Shown here one piece after another: positions 1-11,110 of a stretch of DNA of 64,000 nucleotides. Each line of letters opens with the position of its first letter. Position 1 is the stretch's first letter. The notes beneath the pieces were generated by a model, which worked only from the letters and a program-made list of their open reading frames with translations, ran no database searches and was not told where the DNA came from. Made by a program: the position numbers and the translations under genes. This stretch comes from Octopus sinensis (Eukaryota), in the NCBI RefSeq assembly GCF_006345805.1, contig NW_021833240.1, positions 17,111 through 81,110 on the forward strand, read 5' to 3'.

Positions 1-680
1 GAAAGTGAAGGAAATACGAAAGACAAAGAAGATGCTAGGTATGTAATAAAGAACGAGAGAATGTTAAGATGGAAAGGAGAAAGGAAGAAAGAAGGGAAGG
101 AAGAACGTTGAGGAACTAAAAATATCAGGGAAAATGCATAAATGAAGGAATAAATAAATAAATAAATAAATAAACATATAATGAAGGATTGCAGGTGGGG
201 AAAGAAAGAAGGAAAAGGTTAAGATGAATGCATAAAGATTAAGATAAGTTAGCGAAAGGAATTTAGTGGAAATATTGAGTGGAAAAGTGATGCTATGCAA
301 AAAAGAAAGAGCGGAAGAAAGAAGGAGAAAAAGAAAGAGCGAAAGAAAGAAAGAAAAAAAGAAAGAGCAAAAGAAAAAAAGATAGAAAGAAAGAGTTAGG
401 AGAAAAATATAAAGATGAAAATAAGAAAGAAGATACGAACGACAGATGGAAGCAACAGCAAGAAAGAGCCCAGAATTAAACATAGGAAAAAGAAAATAGG
501 AAGAAAGACAGGTTGAAAAGAACGTGTGCAGAATGAAAATTAAGGTAAAAAAAAACCAAAATGGTGAGAGAGGAAAAAACGCAGAAAAGTGCCCTGAAGA
601 TCAGAAGGAAGATGGAAAATATTAAGAACCTAAATATGGAAAAGCAAAGAAGAACAAACCGCGAAAGGAATGATGGCAAA
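1..680. repeat. Purine-rich (GA/AAG) low-complexity tract
   Basis: The + strand is almost all A/G; the minus-strand F/L/S-rich ORFs are compositional artefacts. Similar tracts occur at ~1960-2590, ~7780-7930 and ~56780-57850. Confidence 0.85.
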
Positions 681-699
681 TGAAGAATTAATATTTATA

Positions 700-1075
700 T
701 TGGCACAAGGCTAACATTTGCTGGGGGTGGGGCGGAACTGTCGATTATATCGATCTAGCTCTTAAGAAGTATTTCATGTATCGCCCTGGGAAAGATGAAA
801 GGCAAAAAGGACCTGGGTGGTGTTTGAACTCAGAACGTAAAGATCTGTCAGTAATGCTGCATCAAGGTTGTGTCCAATGTTTCAGGAATTGTGTGGATGC
901 GAAAATGATATCAGTTTCTGATATAGGTGCATTGCCAACAGTTTTGAGGAGGCGGACTGGGGGGGGCGATATCATTTGATTCTAGTACTTGACTGGTACT
1001 TTATTTTCTTAAACCTTGAAATAATGAAGGGCAAATTTGTCCTCTTCAGGATTTGAAATTGTAGTGTAAAGATCT
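700..1075 (-). mobile_element. Two degraded partial copies of SINE family A
   Basis: Matches to the family A core (gtcgattatatcgat, gatgaaaggcaaa, actggtacttta, atttgaa) seen intact at 51208-51440. Confidence 0.6.
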
Positions 1076-1121
1076 GCAAAACAAAACCCCAAAAAAGAAA
1101 ACTGCAAATAATTTTTAGTTT

Positions 1122-1372
1122 CCTTTAAATTCCTTCCCGCGACATGCAGCCCCATAGGGTTGGTTTACCCGGTTTCCACGATGTATATATTCCCCACCTG
1201 AGTGGGACGCCGGTCCGCCGCAGGATGAGCTCATTTTTGCCAGTTGATTGGACTACAGCAATATGAAATGAAGTATTTTGCTCAAAAAGACATCGGGTCG
1301 CCCAGTCCAGGAATCGAAACCACAATCTTACGACCATGAACCCAACGCCCTAACTACTAAGCCACGCGCCAC
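1122..1372 (-). mobile_element. tRNA-derived SINE, family D
   Basis: Minus strand starts GGCGCGTGGCTTAGTAGTTAGG (A box, 1354-1364) and has GGTTTCGATTCC (B box, 1310-1321), followed by a non-tRNA body ending gaaaccgggtaaacc...ggaagg. Confidence 0.75.
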
Positions 1373-2626
1373 CACTAACTCTCTTGCTCGGTGCCTTATC
1401 GAATTTGTCAACGCGTAAAGTGTAATGGTTTCAGGTTTTGGGGCAAGGATAGCATTTATTTTTGGGGGGAAGGGGTTCAGCTGGTGTCCCCGACGTCGTG
1501 CTTAAATGGCACTTTATTTTCGTGACCCGAAGAAGGTAAAAGGTGAAATCGTCTTCAGCGTAATTTAATCTAAAGAAAACATAATGACCCGGAATAAGTG
1601 CTATGCATTTTTTTAATTGGACACGCTAACAAATATGCCATTTCTTCGAATTCGGTCTGAACAAAATCTTGCTTTCAATATTTGACATATGACCAGCAAC
1701 TTTAGGAGATGGAGGGAGAAGACACGATTACAAAGGGTCCAATACTTTACTTGTGCTTTTTTTTTATGGACTCCACAAAAAAAAAAAAATGATAGTCTAG
1801 TTGACCTCTCAGTGCTATTTGAACCTAAGTCTTATATGAAATGCCACTAAACATCTCCGTCGCTTAACGATTATGCCAGCTCCTTGCTTTCACTCCCAAA
1901 AATAATAAGAAAAATGTCTGTGAAATAAGATTTACAGAAGGATGGATAGAAGGAAATCTATGGGGGAAAAAAAGGAAAAAAAAAAAGAAACAGGAGGGTT
2001 CGGCCCGGAATGAAACGAGAATATATTGTAATAGATGTGAATGGTCACGGGGGGGGGGGGAAGAAAAAAAAGAAAGAAAGAAAGAGTAAGAGAAGATTTG
2101 TATTTGGAGGAAGAGGAAGACGAAGAGAAACGGAAATGCAGGGGAAGCTGGGAAGTGATCATGAAAGACATCATGGAGGTAGTTTAAGATTGATGGAAGA
2201 TGTTACAAAGGTGTCAAGGAAGGAAAAAAAAATAAAGTAAATTAAAGAAAAGGAAGGATGCGGGGAAGAGAGAAGACGAAAGACGGGAGCGTTTGACAGA
2301 TACAACTTTGAAAATACATAGTATGAAAGCAGGTACAAAGAAAGAAAGAAAGAAAGAAGAAGGAATTAAAGGGGGAAACGATAAGTAAGGGCAGAAGTAA
2401 AATATGCAGGAACTAAAAAAAAAAATAGGTGAAGAATACAGAAAGGGAATAAATGAAATATAAAGAATTTTAAAAGATAGAAAAGAAGAAGAAAGATATC
2501 TTGAAAAGAGATAAAAGAATAAGAAAATAGCTCAGAATGTTAAAAGGAAGGAAGTATTGAGAATGAGGTAAATGGAAGAAAGCGGGGAGAATGAGGTACA
2601 TGTGGAATAGCGAAAGACAAGATATA

Positions 2627-2628
<2 letters not shown>

Positions 2629-2667
<39 letters not shown>

Positions 2668-2810
2668 CACACACACACACACACACATACACGTATGCAC
2701 ACGTACACGCGCGCATGTGTATATTTACATACAATCGTACAAAAACCAAACCGTAATCGCACACACACACACTCTAACGCATACAAGCACACATACATAT
2801 AAAAAGTCAT
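2629..2810. repeat. (CA)n microsatellite and degenerate flank
   Basis: Direct reading. Confidence 0.95.
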
Positions 2811-3050
2811 GGAGGGGTCTGAGATGATAATAATAATAATTCTTTTAATTGCTTTTACTTAATTTTTTACAGATATTTTCGCACCTAACGTGCATTTATT
2901 TTGCTATGTATAATGTATAGGATGCTCTGATATTGTAGCAAGAAAACAGAAAATAAAGGTGTTATCAGATTTCGAATCTTCCTTCGTGAGAAATGACCCA
3001 CCCGGTGCATAAATACATAGATGTATTTATATATATATATCTATGTGTGT

Positions 3051-3436
3051 GGAGGTGCAATGGCCCAGTGGCTGGGCAACGGACTCGCGGTCATAGGATC
3101 ATGAATCACTTCGATTCCCAAACCGGGTATTGTGAGTGTTTATTGAGCGAAAACACTTAAAGCTCCACGAGGCTCCGGCATGGGTTGGTGGCGAACCCTG
3201 CTATACTCGTTTACCACAACTTTCTCTCACTCATTCTTCTTTTATCTGTTGTACCTGTATTTCAAAGGGACAGCCTTGTCACACACTGTGTTACGTTGAA
3301 TCTCCCCGAGAACTGCGTTAAGGGTACACGTGACTGTGGAGTGCTGGGCTACTCGCACGTTAATTTCTCGAGCAGGCTGTTCCATTGATCGGATCAACAG
3401 GAACCCCTACGTTGTCGTAACCGATGGAGTGCCACG

Positions 3437-3437
<1 letters not shown>
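3051..3437 (+). mobile_element. tRNA-derived SINE, family C, full length
   Basis: TGGCCCAGTGG A box and TTCGATTCCC B box; colinear with the copy at 45723-46108; followed by (TA)n/(TG)n. Confidence 0.85.
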
Positions 3438-3480
<43 letters not shown>

Positions 3481-3499
3481 ATGTATGTGTATGTGTGTG

Positions 3500-3511
3500 T
3501 GTGTATGTATG

Positions 3512-3543
<32 letters not shown>

Positions 3544-4164
3544 TATCTATATATTATATATATATATATATATATACATATAAGAGTTATACACTGCGGA
3601 AAGCCACTAAGTGGTTTTCCATCACGCTAGAAATGGGAGTGCCACGACCATTTATCTATGAGTGTGTGTGTGTTTGTGTGTGTGTTTGTTTGTGTGTTTG
3701 TAGAAGCTCTACCACTGCATTAATTTAGGTTTTGCAAGAAATTCAGGCATGGTTCTATGGCTGTACGAGTAGGGAGGGGGATTTTAAACTATATTGTATT
3801 GACTTGAATCCCATTGCGCGGCAACGTGAGCTAGGGTTTTTCACTAAAGCTCTGAGGCAACCAATGCCTTTCAATTAATTAGGTTGAATGAAACCACATG
3901 GAAAAAAGTCGTGTATATATCATTAGTATGAAGAGCCGTGTGCAATGTTTTAATAAAATAAATAAAAAAACTATGATTGTTACTAAATATGTGTAGGGTG
4001 ACCGATCAGTTTGGGAAATATTCTATTGGTCCTGTTGGACGAATACAGTTCCTCTCAGTACATATGTATCCAATTATGTGCTTTTACTACACCATTAGAG
4101 CTATTTACTTCTTATTTCTAGCGATGTAGGTGTTCTAACACCCTGGTCATATTTAGTTACAATG

Positions 4165-4201
<37 letters not shown>

Positions 4202-4588
4202 CTGAAACTAGAGAGAAAAAATGTATGTATGTATATAGGGGAGAATTCACAAAAAAAACAAAAGACAAAGACAGGTGGTGTAGACAGCAAACAGATGTAT
4301 TAGTTTAAAGCTCGGGAAGTGAAAAAGTATTTAACGTTTCGAGCCTACGCTAATCCACAGAAAGGAACATAGAAAGAAACAAGGAGAGAAAATAAATAAT
4401 GTGTAGTGGCTAGAGATCTATCATGGCGAATGCCGGACAGTAGGGATCACACAGGAGGGCTAAGAAAAAGGGGAGATAATAAAGTAGTGGTGAGCCCAAA
4501 ACTAAGGTGTGCGTGCGTGTGCATCATAGAGCATTATCTGCGTGTGGAAGAGGGCTGGTGACCTTGACGTGTGGTGTGTGTATGTATG

Positions 4589-4624
<36 letters not shown>

Positions 4625-5641
4625 TAATATATATATATACATATAAGAGTTATACACTGCGGAAAGCCACTAAGTGGTTTTCCATCACGCTAGAAATGGG
4701 AGTGCCACGACCATTTATCTATGAGTGTGTGTGTGTTTGTGTGTGTGTTTGTTTGTGTGTTTGTAGAAGCTCTACCACTGCATTAATTTAGGTTTTGCAA
4801 GAAATTCAGGCATGGTTCTATGGCTGTACGAGTAGGGAGGGGGATTTTAACTATATTGTATTGACTTGAATCCCATTGCGCGGCAACGTGAGCTAGGGTT
4901 TTTCACTAAAGCTCTGAGGCAACCAATGCCTTTCAATTAATTAGGTTGAATGAAACCACATGGAAAAAAGTCGTGTATATATCATTAGTATGAAGAGCCG
5001 TGTGCAATGTTTTAATAAAATAAATAAAAAAACTATGATTGTTACTAAATATGTGTAGGGTGACCGATCAGTTTGGGAAATATTCTATTGGTCCTGTTGG
5101 ACGAATACAGTTCCTCTCAGTACATATGTATCCAATTATGTGCTTTTACTACACCATTAGAGCTATTTACTTCTTATTTCTAGCGATGTAGGTGTTCTAA
5201 CACCCTGGTCATATTTAGTTACAATGCTATATATATATATATATATATAATATATATATATATATATGAGCTGAAACTAGAGAGAAAAAATGTATGTATG
5301 TATATAGGGGAGAATTCACAAAAAAAACAAAAGACAAAGACAGGTGGTGTAGACAGCAAACAGATGTATTAGTTTAAAGCTCGGGAAGTGAAAAAGTATT
5401 TAACGTTTCGAGCCTACGCTAATCCACAGAAAGGAACATAGAAAGAAACAAGGAGAGAAAATAAATAATGTGTAGTGGCTAGAGATCTATCATGGCGAAT
5501 GCCGGACAGTAGGGATCACACAGGAGGGCTAAGAAAAAGGGGAGATAATAAAGTAGTGGTGAGCCCAAAACTAAGGTGTGCGTGCGTGTGCATCATAGAG
5601 CATTATCTGCGTGTGGAAGAGGGCTGGTGACCTTGACGTGT
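3500..5641. repeat. Near-perfect ~1.07 kb tandem duplication (~3500-4572 / ~4573-5641)
   Basis: taagagttat at 3581 and 4644; ccttgacgtg at 4562 and 5631; unique sequence reads identical and only (TA)n lengths differ. Confidence 0.95.
4238..4572 (-). mobile_element. Penelope-like element terminal repeat (pLTR), duplicated copy
   Basis: Identical to 5307-5641, which is contiguous with a GIY-YIG fragment. Confidence 0.75.
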
Positions 5642-6400
5642 GCGTGTGTGTATGTGTAGGCGTGTGGATGATGGTGTAGGGCTAGAAAGTGGTCAGTGCT
5701 ATTGTGTGCGTGGTGGTGTGATGTGGTGTTGTATGGCATGGTGTGGTGGTGTTAGCATGTGGGGGAGGCGAGAGTGGGTAAAGCAAGGGTGGGGTTTAGG
5801 GCTGGGGTAGAGGTGGGGGTATGTGTGTTAAGCTAAGGGTGGGGGGTAGATTTGCGGTATGTGGAAGTGGGTGTAAGGGATGTAATCGGGGTGGGATAGG
5901 ATGGATAGGGAAGGTGCGGGTTGGATTGTGTAGCGGAGAGTTACGAGGGAGGGGTGACGATGAAGGGAGAGGGGGCAGGGAGAAGAAGGTGGGTAGGAGT
6001 GAAGATAAGAGAGAAGAAGAAGGGGAGTGAAGAGTAGAAGTAGGATTCGGAGCAAGAGAGGAGAGTTGGATGGGAAAAAGTAGGTGTGAGAGGGAGAGAG
6101 GAGAGGGGGGAGGTTAGATGAAGAGGGGAGGAGAGTTGAGCCCATGTGACGCAAAGAAACGAAGAGAGATTAATCCCTGTTCTTGTCGAAAAGGGAGTCC
6201 GTATGGCCCCTGTGCAAGGAGAATCCGAATACAGGCAGGTGTTGCAAAGAGTGACCGCTAGAGCGGAAATGGTGCGAGACCGGGGTGTCATTGCCGAGTC
6301 GGAGGGCTCGGCGGTGTTCCGTGAACCGGTGAGCCAAGCGGCGACCCATTTGCTCGATGTATAGAGAAGGGCAGAGAGAGTAGGAGAGCAGTAGGAGAAA
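5307..6400 (-). mobile_element. Penelope-like element 3' part: GIY-YIG endonuclease C-terminus plus pLTR
   Basis: Minus-strand translation from ~6361: YIEQMGRRLAHRFTEHRRALRLGNDTPVSHHFRSSGHSLQH (YIG-TGR, RF.EH and V..HF motifs of PLE GIY-YIG); frameshifted; stop at ~6114-6116. Confidence 0.85.
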
Positions 6401-6532
6401 CGTCTGTAATTAATTGCTGATAGATCGTCCACAGTGACATACTTTGTTAGAGATTCTATATTTCTGTTTAATTCTTGCAGTTGACCGTCCCAAATACCAA
6501 TATATATGAACACACACACATATGATACACAT

Positions 6533-6573
<41 letters not shown>

Positions 6574-6739
6574 GAGGAAAAAAATTACAATGAATCTCTT
6601 GTTAGGTGATTCCGAGTAAGCCGAAAATTTTCTTCGTAAAAACACATAAAAATGGTCTTTACAAATAGTGATATGAAATTGCTTTCTATCTATGCGTACA
6701 CATGAAAAGCAAAATAACACATACACGCATATGCATAAG

Positions 6740-7215
6740 TATTTGCACGTATGTGCACATACATACATGCTCACAATTACACACGCATTCACACACACCA
6801 ACAACATCCTCACGCATACACATGCGCTACACACCATCTCACTACACCCACGCCATCATCCACACACCTACTCATGCACACACGCACACGTCAAAGTCAC
6901 CAGCCCCCTTCCACACGCCCATACACTATACGCACGCACACATTCGTTTGGGGATCACCAGTCCTCTTTTTTATCTCCCCTTCTTCCCAGCTCTCCTGTC
7001 TGGCCACCTCTGTCTGGCATTCGCCATGATTGATCACTAGCTACTAAACCATTTAAAAATTTTTTTCCCTGCTTATTTCTGTATTCCTTTCTGTTGAGGA
7101 GCGTAGACTCGAAGCGTAAAAGACTTTATCACTTCCCGAGCGTTAAATTAATACATCTGTTTGTTGTTTACACATCTGTCTTCATCTTTTTTTTTTTTTT
7201 GTAAATTCCAACTTT
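6740..7215 (+). mobile_element. Penelope-like pLTR, diverged and inverted relative to 5307-5700
   Basis: cacgtcaaagtcaccagccc...ggcattcgccatgat...cacttcccgagcgttaaattaatacatctgtttg aligns to the reverse complement of 5307-5680. Confidence 0.8.
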
Positions 7216-7252
7216 ATATATATATATATATATATATATAATTATATATATA

Positions 7253-7298
<46 letters not shown>

Positions 7299-8227
7299 TA
7301 TATATATATATATAATGCATTACATGAGGAGCAAGATAGACAGCAGCAGACGATTGAGTAGCCTCATAAAATCGTAGGTGATTCTATGAGATGATTTTCT
7401 CGTGCTGTGGTTTCAAATCCGGTACCAACAGGGTGTGATGCGAAATTGAATTATATTTTCGATTAGCTTTGTGGTGAATTTAACGTTTATTTGTTACGGT
7501 TGCAATTTGTACTAAATGGGGACCTTTGTATAAGAAAATATATTTAGCTATCCTAAGATATTATTTGTAATTTTATTTTATCGAAACATGGTTGAATAAA
7601 ATAATTTTATAATCCAGTTAATTTAAAGAGTAGAAGCGTATTTAATTCTAGTTAGATTTGAAACTTCGATCTGCTTACCAAAGTAAAGCATTTTAGTCCC
7701 TTGTCCTGCGTATTACCTACTTCTCTACCGATTAAGATTCAAAGTGGAAGAATAAAAGAAAGGTGCAAAGAGTGAAATAAATAAGAGCCTGAAATATATA
7801 AAGAAAGAAGAAAATCGGGCAAAAAGAAATGATGTCAGAAACACGTGAAGAAGTGTGAAGAAGAAAGAAGGAGAAATAACTAAGTAGATAAATATAAAAA
7901 CGAAAGAAAAAGGGGGAAAATCAATCGCAGGAATTTTCTCAGATTAGAAAGTAAACATCAATAGACAGACTTGGGAGAGTTAGGTTAACATTAAAATCTA
8001 CATCAGAAGATGATTCGAAAACTATTTAAGATTAAACTAACAAAAAAAAAAGAACAACAAGAAAAACAAGAACAACAACGACGCTAACACCGCCAATGTC
8101 ACCAACGAACTTTCAAAGTAAATAAGATAAAAGGAAAATGAAATGAAGAGGGAGTTGGTGGTGGTGAGATAGATTGGTGCATTGCCTTCCACCAAATCAC
8201 ACAGTCCTACCAGCACTATATCACACT

Positions 8228-8394
8228 GATCTTCTTCTTCTTCTTTTTCTTCTTCTTCTTCTTCTTCTTCTTCTTCTTCTTCTTCTTCTTCTTCTTCTTC
8301 TTCTTCTTCTTCTTCTTCTTCTTCTTCTTCTTCTTCTACTACTACTACTACTACTACTACAAATAATAATAATAATAATAATAATAAAGGAAAT

Positions 8395-8438
<44 letters not shown>
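8228..8438. repeat. Compound (TTC)n-(TAC)n-(AAT)n microsatellite
   Basis: Direct reading. Confidence 0.95.
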
Positions 8439-8441
<3 letters not shown>

Positions 8442-8781
8442 GCATCTCAAGGCGACTACAGTACCAGTGATTACAGGATATCTAGGAATGAAAAAAAAGG
8501 TACTGAAACCTATTTGAAAATGAAACCAGGCTTACCATCCTTACAGGAAGTGCAAAAAATCATGTTAACTGGAACGGCTCATGTACTGAGAAGAGCCTTA
8601 ACACTGGGAAAACAACATCCATTCATGAATTTATTTATTTATTAAGTTTTTAGATATATATTTTACCTATGAATTTACGTGTGTAATCTGGGAATGCATT
8701 CAATGAGCTTCTCTGCCCTAGGTGTACGGAAAATACTCGGCGAGAAACGGAAGAAAATTTGATGAAAGAAGGGAAAAAAAT
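8439..8781 (+). mobile_element. Dong/R4-clade LINE 3' fragment (RLE C-terminus plus 3' UTR)
   Basis: Frameshifted translation resembling LKATTVPVITGYLGM...PSLQEVQKIMLTGTAHVLRRAL, homologous to the end of ORF 21314-22423; (AAT)n on both sides. Confidence 0.8.
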
Positions 8782-8806
8782 AATGATGATGATGATGATA
8801 ATAATG

Positions 8807-8871
<65 letters not shown>

Positions 8872-8919
8872 TTCTACAGTAGGCACAAAACCTGAACTTT
8901 TGGTGGGAGAGACATTCAG

Positions 8920-11110
8920 ATGGAGGAATCTTCTCCTGAGCGCGACTTGTTGAGTAGAAATTACAACTTAAGAGAACAAAAAATGTTGGAGCAAAAGAAC
9001 CATGGTGGAAATGAGGCATTGAAAGGGACATTGCGCGGGAAAGGCAAGATCTAGGGAATATTGAGCAATGGTTAAAAGGAAATTGAAAAAATGGGAGAAA
9101 GACTGATAGAGAAAAATTAGAGAAGAAATATAAAATATGGTTGAACGGTTTTGATGCAATAGTAGAGCTGTTGAAATAAAGGTTAATGGCAAAAAGCCAG
9201 AAAATCAGAAGATTTGTAAACAGAAATAAGCAGTTCGAGGAAAACAGATTGTTCAAAATAACCCGAAGCAATTCTTTCGAATGTTAGAAGGAGACAATGG
9301 GGAAAATGTTGCTCCTGATGCAAATCAGGCCAAGGAGTTCTGGAGCGGATTATGGGGAAATGGTGTGGGGCATAAGAGGGAAGCAATATGGATAGGAACT
9401 ATCAAGAGAGAATTACAAGGAGGAAAGGAACAAAGATATATTGTCATAACCACGGTTGACGTGAAAGAACAAGTGGGCCAAATGCCTAACTGGAAACTGT
9501 CGGACCAGATGGGATTCATGAATTTTGGCTGAAGATATGGCACTCGGTACTTGAAAGAGTGCAGCCTAATTGAATGAGTGTATCCAGAAAGATACAGTCC
9601 ACGCGTGGGTGGTGCCTTGGAGGAGAACACTTATAATAAATTATAGAAATAAGGGGAATATTGTGGGAAGCTAACGTCCCATAGCATGCCTAAACATAAT
9701 CAGGAAGAAGCTCACTGGAATATGTGCATCAAAGACATATACTTTCCTGGCACAGGAAGAAATACTACCAAGGGAACAAAAAGGATGGAAAAAGAGTTCT
9801 CAAGGTACCAAAGATCACCTGGTCATTGATAAAACGGTTTTAAGGCTTTGTAAGAAAAAACAATATCATACAAAGATGTCTATGATTTCGACTGACTTTA
9901 AGAAGGCATATGATACGATACTGCATCGTTGGATCGTTGAATGCCTGCAGGTGTTTGGTGTTGTTGACAATATTACAAATTTTCTGATGCATAGCATGAA
10001 AGAGTGGAAAACCAAGTTGTATTCAAGTAATGTATTCCTTGGAGAAGTTAATATTAAAGGGAGCTTCTTCAAATGTGAATCGCTTTCTCCGTTACTATTT
10101 GTAATAGCACTAATACTCCTACTTAGGAAAGTTAAGATGGGTTACCAATGTTGGAAGAAAGGCCCATCACTGAACCAACTTCTGTTTATGGATGACTTGA
10201 AATTGTTTGGAAAATTTGAAAAACAGATAGATTCCTTAACCAAAGCAGTCCAGAAGGAAGCATCCTGCAGAGGATTGCGGTTACCAACAGGAGGCGATGG
10301 GCGAACCCGACGGTAGTGTGTATATATATTTAGGGATTTTGGAGCTTGAGGACATTCTTCATATGGAAATGAAAGTCAAGATCAGCGAGACATATCAAAA
10401 ACAGGGTGAAATCCAACCTGATTGCCAAACCTTTGAGTACCGCAATGAATATCTGGGCAGTTGTGGTAGTTAGGTATAGTGCGTCTATCCTCATTTGAAC
10501 TAAGGATGAAATATCAACACTGGATACAAGAACGAGAAAGTTGATGACGCTGCATGGGATGCTACAACGTAAAGCAAACGTAAACATACTGTATATTAAA
10601 ACAAAGAATGGTGGCTGGGGACTAATACGTATAGACCATTGTATAAGGAGTGAAAGGAGAACGTTTGTCGAGTTTTTTATAAATAGTGATGAAAACCTAC
10701 TGCAATATGCCGCGAAAGATATGAGTGTGAATGCAAATGAAATGATGGGCAAAGAAGAGTTTAACGAAACAGCTCACGAGAAGAGGAAAGAAGACCGTCT
10801 TGAAATGAGAATGCATGGAGTTTGAAAGGAATAGACAAGACGTAAATGATAATACAGTACCCTGGGTATGGCGTGAGCGAAGAGATTTGAAGCGTACCGA
10901 CAAAAGCCTGATCATTGCTGCACAAGACCAGGTTCTCGCTGCCAATTCAGAGAAGTATAACATCTATAAAACGTCTGACACACAGAAATGAAGATTCTGT
11001 GGAAATAGCGTGGAAAATGCGACCCACATGGTAAGTGAATGCGAGAGCCTTGCAAAAAAGTATACAAGCGCCACAACGATAAAGTGTATGTGTATCTTCA
11101 TTGGCGCGTT
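8920..11110 (+). mobile_element. Decayed Dong/R4-clade LINE (RT domain through CCHC region), 3' end missing
   Basis: ORF-track motifs: FWSGLW, MPNWK, DFKKAYD, SLSPLLFVIAL, LLFMDDLKLFGK, LHGMLQRKANVNILYIK..GGWGL; then LIIAAQDQ and RHN-like; many stops and frameshifts. Confidence 0.9.
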
